This document shows, piece after piece, positions 1-13,066 of a DNA stretch of 64,000 nucleotides. Both the position numbers and the translations under genes were made by a program. This stretch comes from the human T2T-CHM13v2.0 reference genome, Homo sapiens. How positions within the stretch are numbered: position 1 is the stretch's first letter; each line of letters begins with the position of its first letter. The DNA lies in NCBI RefSeq assembly GCF_009914755.1, contig NC_060928.1; one strand, given 5' to 3'. Under the pieces are notes generated by a model. That model saw only the letters and a program-made list of their open reading frames with translations, ran no database searches and was not told the DNA's origin.

Positions 1-388
1 AGATAGACTGCATCAAGAAAATGTGGCACATATACACCATGGAATACTATGCAGCCATAAAAAAGGATGAGTTCATGTCCTTTGCAGGGACGTGGATGAA
101 GCTGGAAACCATCACTCTCAGCAAACTATTGCAAGGACAGAAAACCAAACACCACATGTTCTCACTCATATATGGGAACTGAACAATGAGAACACTTAGA
201 CACAGGAAGGGGAACATCACACACCAGGTTGTGGGGTGGGGGGAGGGGGGAGGGATAACATTAGGAGATATACCTAATGTAAACAACAAGTTGATGGGTG
301 CAGCCCACCAACATGGCACATGTATACATATGTAACAAACCTGCATATTGTGCACATGTACCCGAGAACTTAAAGTATAAAAAAAAAG
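1..388 (+). mobile_element. L1PA LINE-1 3' end (3'UTR + poly(A)), continues upstream of window
   Basis: GGAATACTATGCAGCCATAAAAAAGGATGAGTTCATG, G-rich tract, ...AGAACTTAAAGTATAAAAAAAAA typical of the L1PA 3'UTR. Confidence 0.95.
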
Positions 389-391
389 AAA

Positions 392-700
392 TGTCATCAT
401 AGCACAAGATAGAGTCTCTATTTCCCAGTCTCTGTAGGATGGTAGAGACCCAAACTCAGGAGGCAAGCACCTTGCTTTAAGTTATAAAATTAATTTTTCC
501 TTTGGGTAATGTCAAAGGAAACAGAGATAGCCTGTGATCCTTTTAATCCCAGCTCCTAAAAATTTTCCTGCCCTTTGTATCAGCAGAGTTGAGCTCAGAC
601 TGAGTTCTGATCTCTCTCTCAGAGATCAGAAGATTGCACCAGACTTGAATAAATCTTCCTTGCTTGTTTATTTTGGTACAATGCAATTTTTGCTTTGACA
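392..700 (+). mobile_element. ERV1-class LTR 3' part (MER34-like)
   Basis: AATAAA followed by TCTTCCTTGC...TTTTTGCTTTGACA LTR-type terminus; family recalled from consensus. Confidence 0.55.
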
Positions 701-729
701 GTTTTCATTGTAATTTTTTATGGTGTTTT

Positions 730-808
730 CTAAGAACCTAGAATAGTGCTTGCCTACCTATTAGGTACTAAAAGGTAGTTATTGAATGAGGGAATGAGTA
801 AATGAATT
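730..808 (+). mobile_element. L2 3' end fragment
   Basis: CCTAGAATAGTGCTTG...TTATTGAATGAGGGAATGAGTAAATGAAT L2 tail. Confidence 0.6.
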
Positions 809-984
809 ATTTTTCTTTTTTCTAGTGGCCAGATTTCGAACTTGTTGACACAAGACTTTCTAAAGAATTCTTTCCTTCAATCTTCAAATCCTAAAATATT
901 CAAAATGGTAATTGCTTAATCAGTCTCAGAGCAAAACCGTTGGCTTATGGAGGGTAAATGGATAGCACGAATAATAAGTTATTG

Positions 985-1052
985 ATTTTGGAAGCCACTG
1001 AGATTTGGGGGTTATTTGTTATTATAGCATAACTTTGCATATCCTGATTGTA
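985..1052 (+). mobile_element. MLT1 (MaLR) LTR 3' terminal fragment
   Basis: AAGCCACTGAGATTTGGGGGTTATTTGTTATTATAGCATAAC matches MLT1 LTR end. Confidence 0.6.
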
Positions 1053-3419
1053 TTGGGCCTCTAAAATCACGTTGTAGAAGGAAATTATGGAAAATTAAAA
1101 TAAAAAATTGATGAAAAAAATATTGCTCAAAGAAGTAACTAAAACGTACGTTTTCAAATCAAGGAATCACATAAGGATATGTTTTCTACAATAAAGATAA
1201 ATCTAAAAATAATTCTTTAGAAGATCATTATATTTGTTTGTAAATTTCCCCTTGACTACATTACTAATATATGTGTAAGAATGGAGCATAAGAATATATC
1301 TGCATGGTTAGAAGGATTGGGACCATAATATCAACATTTTAACCAAATTTTTACAGAATTTTCAAAAGCCATATGAGGAAATGGTAAATAAAAATAAATG
1401 CATGCTTTTTACATGGACAGCATTATAATAATTTAAAGTCATTTATTTTAGTTCTGAGTCTACCAATGTCTAGTAAATTACGGGTCAAAAAATGTTTATA
1501 AATGTAATTAAAATTTTCGAGGCATCATGTGCTTATGAATACAAAAGAAGTCACATCAGCAGTAGAACCTGACTTTGACTGGCTTATTACTTCTGCTTTT
1601 TAATTGAAAGGACTCCCTTGTTATTGAGAGAGTACTTGAAGAGATCTTATGAATGCAGAAATTCCACAATGCCTACATTGCTCCTCTCGGCAGCATCAAT
1701 ATTCTGCTGCTCCACACCAGTCCCGTCTGGTGCTGACCTGCTTTGTGTTGCTTCACCAGATGTGAAGGTTGCTGCCATTATTATATTAAAGAACATTATT
1801 CTGCCCCTTGATGCAGAAATGTTCTGTGCTAATGACCTCCAAGAGCCTCAAAATGGCAATTCTGAGCACTGCTCTGAAAGTCAGAAAATGGTCCTCCTCA
1901 TGTCGTGTTAATGACATGCTTTTTAGGTCTTGTGATTTTTTGCACATTTCAGTAGCACATCTATTTTGATTTTGCTCACAGCATGTTCAAGACTAGATTC
2001 AGGTGTATTATAACTGAAATTTTCTTTAAAGTACTTTGTAGACATATGCGTGTCACATATGTTTTATCTATACCTTTTCAATAGTTTTAACATTGAACTT
2101 CCTTAAACTAACCCGAAGCTCACATTCCAGAAGGAACTATGAACAGACTTTAGCACTCTTTATCTCTGATCAAGCATGGGTATTACTAATTAACATAATG
2201 GATGCTAGAAATTATTTTACAGGTTTAAAGATTGGTATTCAAAACGTAGGAATTGAGTAACTTTTCTTGGAAAAAAATATAGCCAATGCTCTTTGGAATG
2301 AGTCTGTTAAATTAGGATTCAGGGCAATCCCGTGTACAAATGATTATCGAAGAATTCTGCCTCCTGACTCTGAGTTTAAGTTTGGATGTATGGTGCCTGA
2401 AGAATACTGATGCGCTTGCCTCTAGTGAAACTTTTATTCTAGACGCTCTCAGAACACCTAAAATGATAGGGAGTTGAGGCTTTGCTGAGATTACAGAACA
2501 GTTCGTTTGACTGTTTCTGTGCCTGTTTACTAATAAATGTATGTACAGCAGAATTCAGTCTGTAACTTGGTTCCATTGAACATAACTAGAAAAGGGAAGG
2601 GGATGGGCAAATAGGGTGAGTGCCTACATGGTCCTCATGTACATTTTACAATTCAAGGCTAAAAATGTTTTCTAGTAAGATTTCCAGTAATCCTTAATGT
2701 TGAAATTAATAATGGAAATAGTACAGGTCAGTTTGCACAAGGTAACAGCCAACAAACACAGTTCTACATCTCTCAAGAGCTTTGATGCTGAATCTCACTT
2801 GTGGTGCCCAATTTCTTATTCTCCTAGAATGAATTATAACAAGGTCAGTTGCACAATATGCATGTAAATTAACCAAAGGTGGCGCAATTGACAAATGCAT
2901 ACTTCAACATATATTCAGTGATGTCTGCATTTCCAACTGGACAGCTTGATTGTGTTCTTCTAGTTCCTCTGTACACACTCAAACCATTTATAAGAGGCCT
3001 GTTCCGCCACTTTTCCACTTGGGTCCAGGCATAGCCAAACTCCTAAGAGAATAAGGTCATATCTTCACCATATATGACAAATCTATACACAATAAAATAT
3101 GAATTACATGTGATTCAAAACACAGTATTTTTTTCAGTGTGAGATTAAGCTACAGACAATTTAGGGGTATCACCAGTCAGACTCCTAGGAAATACTGGTG
3201 CTTGTCAGTTTTGATATCTTAGGATCTGAGCTAATTTCAGTCAATTTAATTGAAAATGAAGTGTTTTGGGCATTTTTGCTCTCATAAGAGTCATCTGGGT
3301 TAGTTAATAGGCAAATAAACAAAACAAAACAATTTATTTTTCTAAAAGTCTTGTTTCTTCATCTGTGTGAACACAGAAAAACTTCCTCCCCAATGTTGGT
3401 GCCAAGGTTCTATCTTGAA

Positions 3420-3593
3420 CTGTTAGATAAAACACAGGATGCCAGTTAAATTTGAATTTCAGATACACAACAAACAATATTTTAGTATAAGTATGTATGA
3501 TGAAATGATGGAGATATATTTAAGAATTGCTTTTCATCAAAAATCCAAATTTAAGTGGATTTTCTGTATTTTTATTTGTTAAATCTGGCAATG
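3420..3593. mobile_element. MER53 palindromic hAT-type MITE
   Basis: GATAAAACACAGGATGCCAGTTAAATTTGAATTTCAGAT...AAATCCAAATTTAAGTGGATTTTCTGTATTTTTATTTGTTAAATCTGGCAA; inverted arms. Confidence 0.75.
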
Positions 3594-4614
3594 CAGATTA
3601 TATAAATACACACACATATACACATACACACAGAATTATAGATTTAGACAATTTAGGGACTAAAAAATGATCTATAATGAAGCAAGTGGTCTTTTATATA
3701 TCTTTCTAATCTGTATACATTGAGGACTTGTTTATTCTCCTGAAAATTCTGCAGATACATGGCACATATAGCCCTTACCCAACTGCACTTTCCATGGATC
3801 TTTTAGTTTAAGAATACTTTGACTTCAAAAGCCAATAAATAATCAGAAATAAATCCTTCTCCTGGGCACAAATGTGAACTAAACTCTAAGCTGACTGATT
3901 TGGAGAGCTCAGCTTCCCATCAGCTAGCAAGTCTTTACTTTCAATTACTTTTTTTTTGCATTCTCTTTCTGTATACAGCATTTTAGGCCCTTTGCTCTTA
4001 ATCTTGTTAACTGAATTAGTCACAATAACTGATTTTTCATTTTACTTTTCTGGCTTTTATCTGTTAGATAAACTGCAAATATAGACTGTCTGCAAAAGAA
4101 AATGCTTCTATGTGCTGTACTCCATCTTTTTCTAGTGCCTCTCTACTCTCTTTCCTTCGCAAATGTGAGATATTCTGTATTCTCACCAATTGTGTTAGGG
4201 ACCAAAAGAGCCTCAGTGCATTTCTTTATAACAGGTTATAAAGTTTTAGACACCTTTCTCTAAGGAACTCAGTAAACATTACTAACATTATCTAGTTAGT
4301 TCTCACAGCATACATGTAAGGCTTAGTTATCCTACTCTTGTAGCTTCTGAATGATGAAATGACCATAAGGTCACGAAGCACATTATCAGAACTTCTCAAA
4401 TTGTTAAAAGGAGCTCATAGAACTTCTGATAGTTCCTCTAACCGTTCTCTCATTTAAAATCTAGACATGTCTTTTTTCTGAGTTCTTCCCACAGGTTTCT
4501 CCTTTTCATAGCCCTAATTCATGCTCCCGGATTATTTATTTTTTAAATAAATAAATATCACTGTGACGTGCTATTTTTAAATAAATATATCACAGTGGCA
4601 ACAAGGACTGCACT

Positions 4615-4790
4615 TTATAGGTTCTTGGTAAACTGTGCTACTATGTGGGCAAGTTGTACAAACTTTCTGAGCCTCAGTTATTTCAAATGTGAAAAGTACT
4701 TTTTTTTTCTGAGTTGTGATAGGAATGTACAGTGCTGAATATAAAGCACTAGATATAGTTTCCACTGATTAGAAGGCTGTTGGTAATCTT
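4615..4790 (+). mobile_element. MIR SINE
   Basis: GGGCAAGTT...TCTGAGCCTCAGTT...AAATG MIR core. Confidence 0.7.
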
Positions 4791-4869
4791 CGTTGTTATT
4801 AGGTGTATATCCTTCTAAATTTTACCAAAGAAATTTATGTGTAAGAAAAAACATGGCAGAACAACATAT

Positions 4870-5038
4870 TTAGGTTTGAATTTGGGGTACATTATTTACT
4901 CTTATAAAATCTTAGTTTTTTCATCTGTAAAATAATTGAGATAGCAATCATATCTTGCACTTGTAAAAATTAAATTGCATAAAATTTGAAGATGTGTCCA
5001 GCATGGTGTGGATAGATGGGCAATAAATTAATGTTAGT
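4870..5038 (+). mobile_element. MIR SINE (degenerate)
   Basis: CTTAGTTTTTTCATCTGTAAAAT core and CAATAAAT..TGTTAG tail. Confidence 0.6.
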
Positions 5039-6659
5039 GAAAATATTAAAGAGGAGAATATCTTTAGAAAATTTTAGTGTCGGGCCCTTTAAAGCTTTTA
5101 CTGGCCTGCAAACTTACTTATAGATATTTTGAGCATACCAATTAGTAAACACAAATAATCGTTTTTGTTATTAGCACTTCTTAATTATATGATTTATGTA
5201 TTTTAAAAATAGTGATTATTTGTGGAACAAAATGCAATTCTCTGGAAAATCTTAAGGTCCTGAAAAGTTATGTTCTAATTTCAACATAAAGAAGTATGTT
5301 CTAAAATAAAATGGGTTCATGCTTTCATCAGTTTCTCCAATCTGTCTGGTCTTTGGAAACTAACCTATTTGATCATATAACACACTATACCTGGGGCTAT
5401 TTATAAGTTTAGTAATGTTAATTTCCTATGCTTACTTCTAGGGGTCATCTTTAAGATTTTGTTCTGACTGCTTATTTTAGTGTTCACTACAATATTTTAC
5501 ATATTACAACTACACATAAAGACAATAAATACCACTTCCATTTTGACCTGTCACCTTGGATTTTCCATTTTGGTTTTAAAAATTAAAATTAGTTTTTATT
5601 GTTATCCCAAATTATGACTTACTATCTTTCTCTGAATTTAGAGTTTGTGTTTCATAATTCATATGAGAATGTGATGGTCAAACCACCATTTAAATAAAAA
5701 TAAAAAATTAACTTGAAACTCAGGCAAAAAAAGAAATGGCATATCATATTTATTTCTGCTTTACAAAATTTAATTTATTAATTATTCGTTGTCTTTTAAA
5801 GTGATAGAAACTGAATTTTAAAATTAAATTGAAAGTATTTGAATATTATAGAGCAGTTTGTTTTTTTGCATTTTTTTCCTAGCCATTTCTAAACACTCTA
5901 AACTTCCCGTACTCTTTTAGTAAGATTTTTATGTATAATAAAATTTTAGGAAAGCTATAAATTTTATATTTGAATAGCATCAGTCATGCTTTAAATTGAC
6001 CCAATGGAGTGGTTTTACATCATAAACATGAATGATAAGAGAAAATTCTACTCAACTTAAGTATATGAAAGATGTTTTTAAATCACACCCTTCACTGAAG
6101 TTATTGGTTTAAACCTTAAACTCAACCTCAATAAAGATGCGAGCGTGGGCTCAATCATGCCTACAGTTATTCATGCAAAAACCCTATGGAAATCAACTAC
6201 TTATTGCTTAGAGTTTTGTATGACTTTTTGAGAGTAGAAATTGGCTAATTCCTGTTTAAATCACTCCAGTCTTAACTTGGAATGTGATAGGAAAATTTGT
6301 ACCTCTCCTTGGGAAAATAAAATTGAAAATTAGTTAAAATGGAAAATCTTCCTTTTACTCCCTCACATCTTCTGCTGAACTATCTTCTTGAACATATAAA
6401 TGACTTTATTCTGCACTAACCTAAATTGGTGGCAAACACCCTAATTATAAATTTATTTGGCTGGTATTGAATGCCTATAAATTAAATATAATCTTCTATA
6501 GGCCATAGACAGACCTTGTATAAATTAGATTATTCAGTCAGAAATAGAAGGTATGTAATTCTGAGTGTATTTTCTCTCACATGATATGAAATGTAGTAAA
6601 CCAATTTCTCTGGCTACTCTAACTTGGCAATGTCCATACAATTATCACAGAACTCAACC

Positions 6660-7050
6660 TTAAGGGGCTTCAAGGACACACAGATGCATCACCAAATCTC
6701 CCCTACATGGCTGAGGCACACGTTCCCTCAGCTGACGGGAGTGCTGGCTGCAAAACCACATCACATATTGTCTCTGGATTACCCTCAGAGGAAAGGAGCT
6801 GCCACCCTAAAGTTTATGGCCTTTTTCTGGGGCAGCTCATATCCAGTGACTATTTGATGAAAGAGGTACAAAACCTGGTTCATTTACCTGAATTTGAGAG
6901 AAATCTATAGGCCACCCTAGCTCCAGGGTTTGCCAGTGGATCATCTGAGCCTTCTGTTGAAACACTTCATAGTTCAGCTTCTCCCTCTGCTTAATCCTGC
7001 TTCCCTTACCTTATGTTGGGTGTAGACCCTGAGTGCATTCTCAAACTTGG
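6660..7050 (+). mobile_element. ERVL LTR (LTR16-like)
   Basis: CTTCTCCCTCTGCTTAATCCTGCTTCCCTT...GGTGTAGACCCTGAGTGCATTCTC resembles LTR16 3' region. Confidence 0.6.
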
Positions 7051-7409
7051 TCCTGGGTACACAAACAATGGCAGAGTAGGGTGTACCTCCATGAAGAACT
7101 GGGGATTCACTCTTTCTCTGTGGCATTATCAGGAGTATATTCTTCAAAATGCTTGGTGATTAATTTATTAGTAAACCTATGCAATTTATTAGTAAACTTC
7201 TAGGTTCAAATGATTATTCCTTTCAGTCAACAAACTCAGGCCAGGCCTTTCTAGTGTGGCCTACTCCTTACTATTCATGGTTCAGTAATGTTTGTCTCGT
7301 GCTTTAAAAGTTCTGAAAAGTAAAATACCTGTGTCCTATATTTGGGAAGATACATAAGTGAATAAAAGCATCCAGTCATTAACTCATTTATTCATGTAAG
7401 ATATATACT

Positions 7410-7522
7410 ATTTCTGCCCCTATTTAGCAGATAAAGAAACTAAAGCGCATACTACTTTAATTTACCCAAAGTCATGCAGCTCATAAGTGGATAAGCTGAG
7501 ATTTAAACCCCAACTGTCTTGC
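7410..7522 (-). mobile_element. MIR SINE
   Basis: CAGATAAAGAAACTAAAG...TTTACCCAAAGTCATGCAGCT...GAGATTTAAACCC antisense MIR core. Confidence 0.75.
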
Positions 7523-9308
7523 CATGAAGAATTCAGGAAAGGAGAAGGAAATTTAAAAGTGTGGATGTGGATGTTGAATTATGTAAAATATATTTAAGCA
7601 ACAACATGTTCAATGGTTCTGTGGAATATGTGGCTGGAAAAGTACATTGATGACAAAGCACACGGCCAAGACATTTGGTTTTTACTCTATGTGAGTGCAG
7701 TCAATGACTAAATTGTTTTGGAAAGTAAACTGAGAGGATAACCAGGGTGTGTAAGAAAAGAATATTTAATTTTTTCATAGCGATTATTTTAGAAATTGGC
7801 TGAACCTAGAAATCCTTTAACATCTAATAAGTTCTGTTGTAGCATGCTTTAACTCTTCCTTCCTCTCTTTCATTTCTAGGTTAATGAGGGCTCCTCTGAA
7901 TAGAGGAAAGATGCCTCATTTGAGCCTTTTATTTGGGTGCATTAATTACTTTAATGGTAGTAAATATAAATTTTAAAGGTAGAGAAATGAGGCTTTTCTT
8001 AATTAAATAACTCATTTAGGGGTATATTTATTCTAGGGTGGCTATTCTTCCTGAACAGGGGACTACCTAAGAATGAATGGCCTGCTGAAAAGAATCAAGT
8101 ACCATGAAACTGAATATTAAAGAAAATATTTAGCAAATAAATATCTTCAAGGAAAATATGTGAAGATTATGATTGATTTATATTTTCAAATTTTTTATAA
8201 CAGACATGTTCTAACAAAGGCATTGCAATGAAAACCTGAATGGAAGATTGGTCTCCTTATGGGAAACTCATGAGAACCTTGTGGAGTATAAATTAAAATG
8301 AAATATAATTTTTACTACTGTAGAATATGTCATTTTATTCTTTCTTCTATTTTTCTACTTTAATGATTTCACTAATTTTTCTTTCTTATCTGAAAGTGAC
8401 CATTACATTTTCATCTAAAAGTGTCAATGTCCCAAAAGTGATTGATAGTAAAAATGAAAATAAATACACATATAAACTAATAAAAAATCATAACAAGCCA
8501 CATTTGTGGTAAAAATAAATAAAAATTGATTGCTCTTGCCCTTAAACTCACTTAACTTTCTTTAATTATGAAGTATTACACAAAAATACAATTCTTCTTT
8601 ATTTTAACTATGAACACAAAAAATAATTCACGCATAATTGTTTGAATATTCTCTTGAAGCAAAGGATTTGAAAATATATCATAAACATTGAGTTAAATGC
8701 TGCAGCTGGATACTTGGATATGTACCAGATTCTCTCAATTTCCACTAATGAGTGTGTCATTACTTTCTGTTTATTATAATAATAATCTCCTTTCAATACA
8801 CCATAGAATATATAATAGAGCCAAAATTTTTAACATATGAAAATGCCTAACCTTATGTATCTCTTTCTGTCCCTTCTAACTTTTATTGCTCTATATGTTT
8901 TAATAATTTATTATTTTCATTAATGCAACATTTTATTCCTTACAGTAGTTAAAAATTTATTTACAAAAATATTATTTTCTCTGGTTATTATTATGTTGCT
9001 CTCCGTAAGTTTTTTATTGGTCCTATTTTTTTTAAAAAAATTTGATATATTCATCTTATTTCCTTTCTACTCTAGAAATGTTTTCTTTCTTTCTTTTTCT
9101 CTTTCTTTTTTTCTTTAAACTCAGCTTAAATATATTAGTCTTTTGTGTTCCCTTTTTCAATTATCAGCCTGTACATTTTTCTTTAGTTTCCTAAACCAAT
9201 CCTCTGATTCAAACTCCTCATCAAGACTCATTTATGCAAGAGAAAGCAAAATAATGGAAAATAGCACTAGCGACTGAACAATTAAGAAAGAAATATTAGG
9301 TGGTTTCG

Positions 9309-9621
<313 letters not shown>

Positions 9622-10789
9622 AAATATTAGGTGATTTCATTATGTTATTATACTCAATATCTACTAAACACCTATTCTATTGCAAACATGGTAATATAAT
9701 CAAAATAAATGCTGTCAAAAATGGGGAATCTTATGTAAACTTTTCTTCTAATCTCAATTCTAAAGCAGAATAGTTGACATTAGCAAAAGTATGGTGTATC
9801 TTGGAAATGTTAATACAGTTGATTACTCCAAAAGCAGCCCTACATATTGAGATTTTCTCCTGATTTTTTTGGTCTTAAGTTAATATGCCAAGAGCGTGCT
9901 TTGGGGAGCAATTTAATGACTGGAGATATTGCCATTATCTGTAAAAGTAGACTAATTTTTTTTCATGTAAAAATGTACAGTGGGAAGTTCTGATCTCACT
10001 GGCATAAATGTTCAATTGACTTAACATTTGTATAAATTAGCAGAGATTCAGGTTATCAAAACTTGACCATTAATATAAAATTTAATACATCCTAGTTGAG
10101 TTGAAATATTTTAAACATATTTTAGAAATATACTTTTTTGTTCAATAAGGGTATTTTATATCAATAGTAATGCTAAGACTATGTTCAGTGTTAAGCTTCA
10201 CTCTTCTAATTTCAAGCTTCTGGATTTTTCTTGTCCATTTAAAGTTTATATTAATCTCTAAAGAAGGTCAAGTGTCATTGGCCCATGTAATCTGATCAAA
10301 TGAAAACAACATTTTTATTGTTTGGATTTTATTTTCTTAAAGTGAAAATTTAAATTATATAGTTTGTTGCAAATTTGATACGAACACATTGTTGCTGCAG
10401 AGCTTTTATCAAACTCAGGAAATTTCAGTTATGAGATGATAAAAATCCAAGCAATTAAAGATTTCCAATATGAAAATTTAAACATCTTTTTTACATTGAA
10501 TGATTTTACTATTTTCAGATGCATTATATCTAATTAGCTAATAAATATTATATATGTTGACATAATTATTCTAGTTATCTGTTTGATAAATGTAAATATG
10601 TCATTTGAAAACGTAACATGTGCCCCTTTCAAAATACTAAGGTTTGCATTTAAAACCAAACATTTTCCCAAGTGGCATAATTTAAATTAACATGGTATCA
10701 TATGTTGATTTGACCCAAAAAATTAATAATGGTTTATATTAATGAGTATTTTCTATCTTCAAGGAAGTTTTGTAGGGTCTTTTTCCATA

Positions 10790-10940
10790 AATTAACCTAT
10801 TCTAACCACATGATAACTAAAGAAGTTATGCATTAAGATTATCTTCATTTTATGGTAGAGGATACTGAGGCACAGAACAGTAAAATAATTTGCCCAAAGT
10901 CATAGAGCTACAGAAAGTTACAAAACTAGAATTTGACTAT
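10790..10940 (-). mobile_element. MIR SINE
   Basis: GAGGATACTGAGGCACAGA...AATTTGCCCAAAGTCATAGAGCTA. Confidence 0.7.
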
Positions 10941-11150
10941 TTAGGTATATATACATAGATATATATATTTCTGAATATTACCTTTTTATCTAGATATTGC
11001 CCATTTACATTTTAGTGGTCTCTTTCCTGCATGTAATTATACTGTATTTGAAAGAAATGTAGACATTTTTATTTGAAGAGGGACTTGATTATAACTGTCC
11101 TAAAGAATCATGAACTTTTTACTCAATACTACTTAAAGTAGGGAGCCTGA

Positions 11151-11240
11151 TTTTATATATATATATATTTATATTTTTATATATATTTATATATTTTTAT
11201 ATATTTTTATATATATTTATATATATTATGTATATGTATG
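11151..11240. repeat. (TA)n / T-A low-complexity microsatellite
   Basis: Direct reading. Confidence 0.9.
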
Positions 11241-11644
11241 TCTATGGAATTAATCAGCTTGGGAATTCTAACAGAAACTGCAAATAAAAGATATCCAACT
11301 TTACACAAGCAAAGAAGAAATTCTTGTTCTATAATTTGTGAATCCAGTTAAGCAAATTTCAGAATTGCTATAATAATCAAAGAATTTGAGCAATTATTCA
11401 ATAATCAATGAATATCACTATTTAGTGTTAAGCACCCTTCCAAGTACTTGGTAAAACAGATAAATAAGACAGTTTTTTACAAAAGAAGGTAACTGTCTAA
11501 TGAAGAACACACATACACACTTAAACAATATATTACATTACTTTGTAAACATTTTCTACAATAGAAGTCATTAGTGCTATAAAAATACAAATATGATCTG
11601 TATGATGCGGCCTGGTGACTCTGGAAGATTTTATTCTCACCTTC

Positions 11645-12460
<816 letters not shown>

Positions 12461-12785
12461 TTACAGAAGCCAAGATAATAAATGATAGAAACCAGAACCA
12501 TGACAATAGTCAAGAAGATTTAAAAAAAAAAAGTCATCTATTTAAATAATCAAAAGGTAAAACTAGAGTGCCTGTTGGACGGACTGGTGAAGAAGAACAA
12601 AAATAAAACTGATAATTATTTTTGATCACGTCATCTCATATTCTTGTGCATTAAATATGGTCATAGAGATTTTCGTTCTGCTTTGCATGAATAGAATAAT
12701 AGCCTAGTGGTAAATCATAGTTCCTAACCTACAATTGTGAACTGTGTTAGAGATGATTTTATGTGGGGGAACAAAAAAAAAAAAA

Positions 12786-13066
12786 CACTTTGGAAGGTTG
12801 AGGTGGGTGGATCACCTGAGGTCAGGAGTTCAAGACCAACCTGGCCAAAATAGAGAAACCCCATCTCTACTAAAAATACAAAAATTGGCTGGGTGTGGTG
12901 GCAGGCACCTGTAATCCCAGCCACTAGGGAGGCTGAGGCAGGAGAATCGCTTATACCCGGGAGGAGAGTTTGCAGTGAGCCGAGATGGCGCCATTGCACT
13001 CCAGCCTGGGCAAGAAAAGCAAAACTCCGCCTCAAAAAAATAAAAAAATTAAAAAATTTAAAAAAA
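12786..13066 (+). mobile_element. AluS (Sp/Sq-like), 5'-truncated
   Basis: GATCACCTGAGGTCAGGAGTTC, GAGAAACCCC, CCATTGCACTCCAGCCTGGGCAAGAAAAGCAAAACTCC. Confidence 0.9.

Noticed and set aside
1618-1911. 97-aa ORF in unique sequence
   Set aside because: TTG start, no recognisable domain, no convincing splice or promoter context; length compatible with chance
6165-6181. TTATTCATGCAAAA as an OCT4-SOX2 composite site
   Set aside because: Imperfect match, expected by chance in AT-rich DNA
7163-7199. 21-bp tandem AATTTATTAGTAAAC (similar 33-bp duplication at ~42260-42317)
   Set aside because: Simple slippage duplications with no further structure
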